A model generated the notes under the pieces. That model searched no databases. It saw only the letters and a list, made by a program, of their open reading frames with translations, and was not told the origin of the DNA. This document shows positions 62,813 through 64,000 of a stretch of 64,000 nucleotides of DNA, piece after piece (position 1 is the stretch's first letter; the number at the start of each line of letters is the position of its first letter). The DNA comes from Vulcanimicrobiota bacterium (GTDB taxonomy: Bacteria > Vulcanimicrobiota > Xenobia > Xenobiales > JADMJV01): positions 695,659-759,658 of the forward strand of contig JBFWNU010000002.1 in NCBI GenBank assembly GCA_050250895.1, read 5' to 3'. Both the position numbers and the translations under genes were made by a program.

Positions 62813-64000
62813 CCGCGAAGCTGCTCGGGCGTCTTGGCGAAGTTTTCGTAGGTGGGCGGCAAACCCAGCTCTTCCATCACCTGGCCGCGCTCTTCGAGTT
62901 GTGGCCGGGTCAGACCAAGGTCCTGGGGAAAGGTGAGGATCAGATGCGCGTCGCGGGCCGGATTCATCTCGAGCATGGCCGGTCGAATCCAGCCGGTCTC
63001 GCCCGGCCACACGCTCTGGTCCCAGGCTTTGATGGCTTCGCTCGGTCCGATACCGTCGCGCTCTTGATAGTCGCGAACCACCCGCCGCAGCAGCCGGTCA
63101 TCGGCCGAGGGCGAGTCGACGAAGACGGTGCGGTATTCCAGGCCCAAGTCTTTGAGATAGGCTACGATGTCCCGATGGCCGGCGTGAATCGAGTCGAGTA
63201 CCAGGATGCCGTCCGGGGCGAGGCTGGCGGTGTCGCTCTGGTCCTCGCGAAAGCCGTGCAGGTTGCCTTCGGATTTCCAGAGCGGGGCGTCCAGACGCTT
63301 GAAACCAGGGGGAGAGTCGTGAAAGTTGTAGCGTGGAAGGTCGGATCGACCGCGAGACAGCAGGTCGCCAATGTCCTCTTTGAGATCGTCGACATGCATG
63401 TAATCGGGATGGTCCCAAAAGGCCGTGCCGGCTTCGGTTCGCGGCATGTCGGGGTCATCGGCGTCGCGGAAATACTGGTCGCCCCCCAACACCGTGACCT
63501 TGCGCTCTTTGGCGGCGGCCAGCTCTTCAATCTTGGCCACCAGCCGAGACTTGCCGGCGGCCGATCCTCCGGCCAGCAAGATGGCCACGCGGCCCTGGGG
63601 AAGGTCCTCCACCAGCTCTTCCAACGCACGATAGTTGGCTTCAAGCGATGCGTCGCCGCCATCTCGCAACAGGCTGGCCACCGTTCCCTGGGTATGGGGT
63701 CCCGGCACCGAGAACGACTTCACCTGGTCGCTTCCGCCAAACTCTTGCAGCGTATAGCGGCGCGAGGGATAGACCCGAGCCAGCTCCTTGAGGATCGAAC
63801 TCGAGCCCAGGCGTTGCTGCACTTCAAAGATGCCTTCGAGGACGGGTTGCTTGACCGCGTCGGGGCGAGAGGCGACCACCAGTTGGGTGGTATCTTCGTC
63901 GCTGGTGACGGTCGCCACCACCGCGGTGGCGGTGGGGAACTGGCGCAAATGGACCAGCAGATTCTCGGCCGTCTGGGCCCGGGCGCTGCGGGTCGATACT
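62809..64000 (-). CDS. Protein with C-terminal uridine-kinase/PRK-like P-loop domain (5' end outside window)
   Basis: LAGGSAAGKS, GDQYF, WDHPD and RLLRRVVRD motifs; frame stays open to the window edge. Confidence 0.75.
   Translation of the reverse strand, partial: VSTRSARAQTAENLLVHLRQFPTATAVVATVTSDEDTTQLVVASRPDAVKQPVLEGIFEVQQRLGSSSILKELARVYPSRRYTLQEFGGSDQVKSFSVPGPHTQGTVASLLRDGGDASLEANYRALEELVEDLPQGRVAILLAGGSAAGKSRLVAKIEELAAAKERKVTVLGGDQYFRDADDPDMPRTEAGTAFWDHPDYMHVDDLKEDIGDLLSRGRSDLPRYNFHDSPPGFKRLDAPLWKSEGNLHGFREDQSDTASLAPDGILVLDSIHAGHRDIVAYLKDLGLEYRTVFVDSPSADDRLLRRVVRDYQERDGIGPSEAIKAWDQSVWPGETGWIRPAMLEMNPARDAHLILTFPQDLGLTRPQLEERGQVMEELGLPPTYENFAKTPEQLRG

Noticed and set aside
1-64000. CRISPR array, tRNA, rRNA, transposase or integrase; also the frequent CTCGAG/TCGA words
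   Set aside because: No spaced repeats, cloverleafs or recombinase motifs were seen. CTCGAG is largely explained by CTC-GAG (Leu-Glu) and GTC-GAG codon pairs, and I did not compute enrichment.

Overview
A GC-rich bacterial chromosomal window with no rRNA, tRNA, CRISPR array or intact mobile element that I could see. Housekeeping content: metY (runs off the left edge), metA, mazG, a complete 14-gene nuoA-N complex I operon with a Rex/CRP-like palindrome over its promoter, a MATE pump, an AI-2E transporter, a USP, a B12 radical SAM enzyme, an FAD oxidoreductase and a sirtuin. Between about 16 and 33 kb is a dense signalling and surface block. It holds an unannotated 55-aa amphipathic peptide, a Ser/Thr kinase with four PEGA domains coupled to an FHA-class III cyclase whose specificity residues look guanylyl-type, and a REC-HD-GYP protein. 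It also holds a REC-TPR-BTAD regulator divergent from an operon of histidine kinase, PilC/GspF and four minor-pilin-like genes, one of which carries an Ig-like domain and a TolB-like propeller. Other points: a lower-GC three-gene cassette at about 3.1-5.7 kb, five zinc-ribbon proteins (two share a helical repeat), several apparently leaderless promoters and long convergent gene overlaps. The protein style suggests Vulcanimicrobiota/Eremiobacterota (WPS-2), but that is a low-confidence impression. All family calls come from reading motifs by eye; no searches were run.
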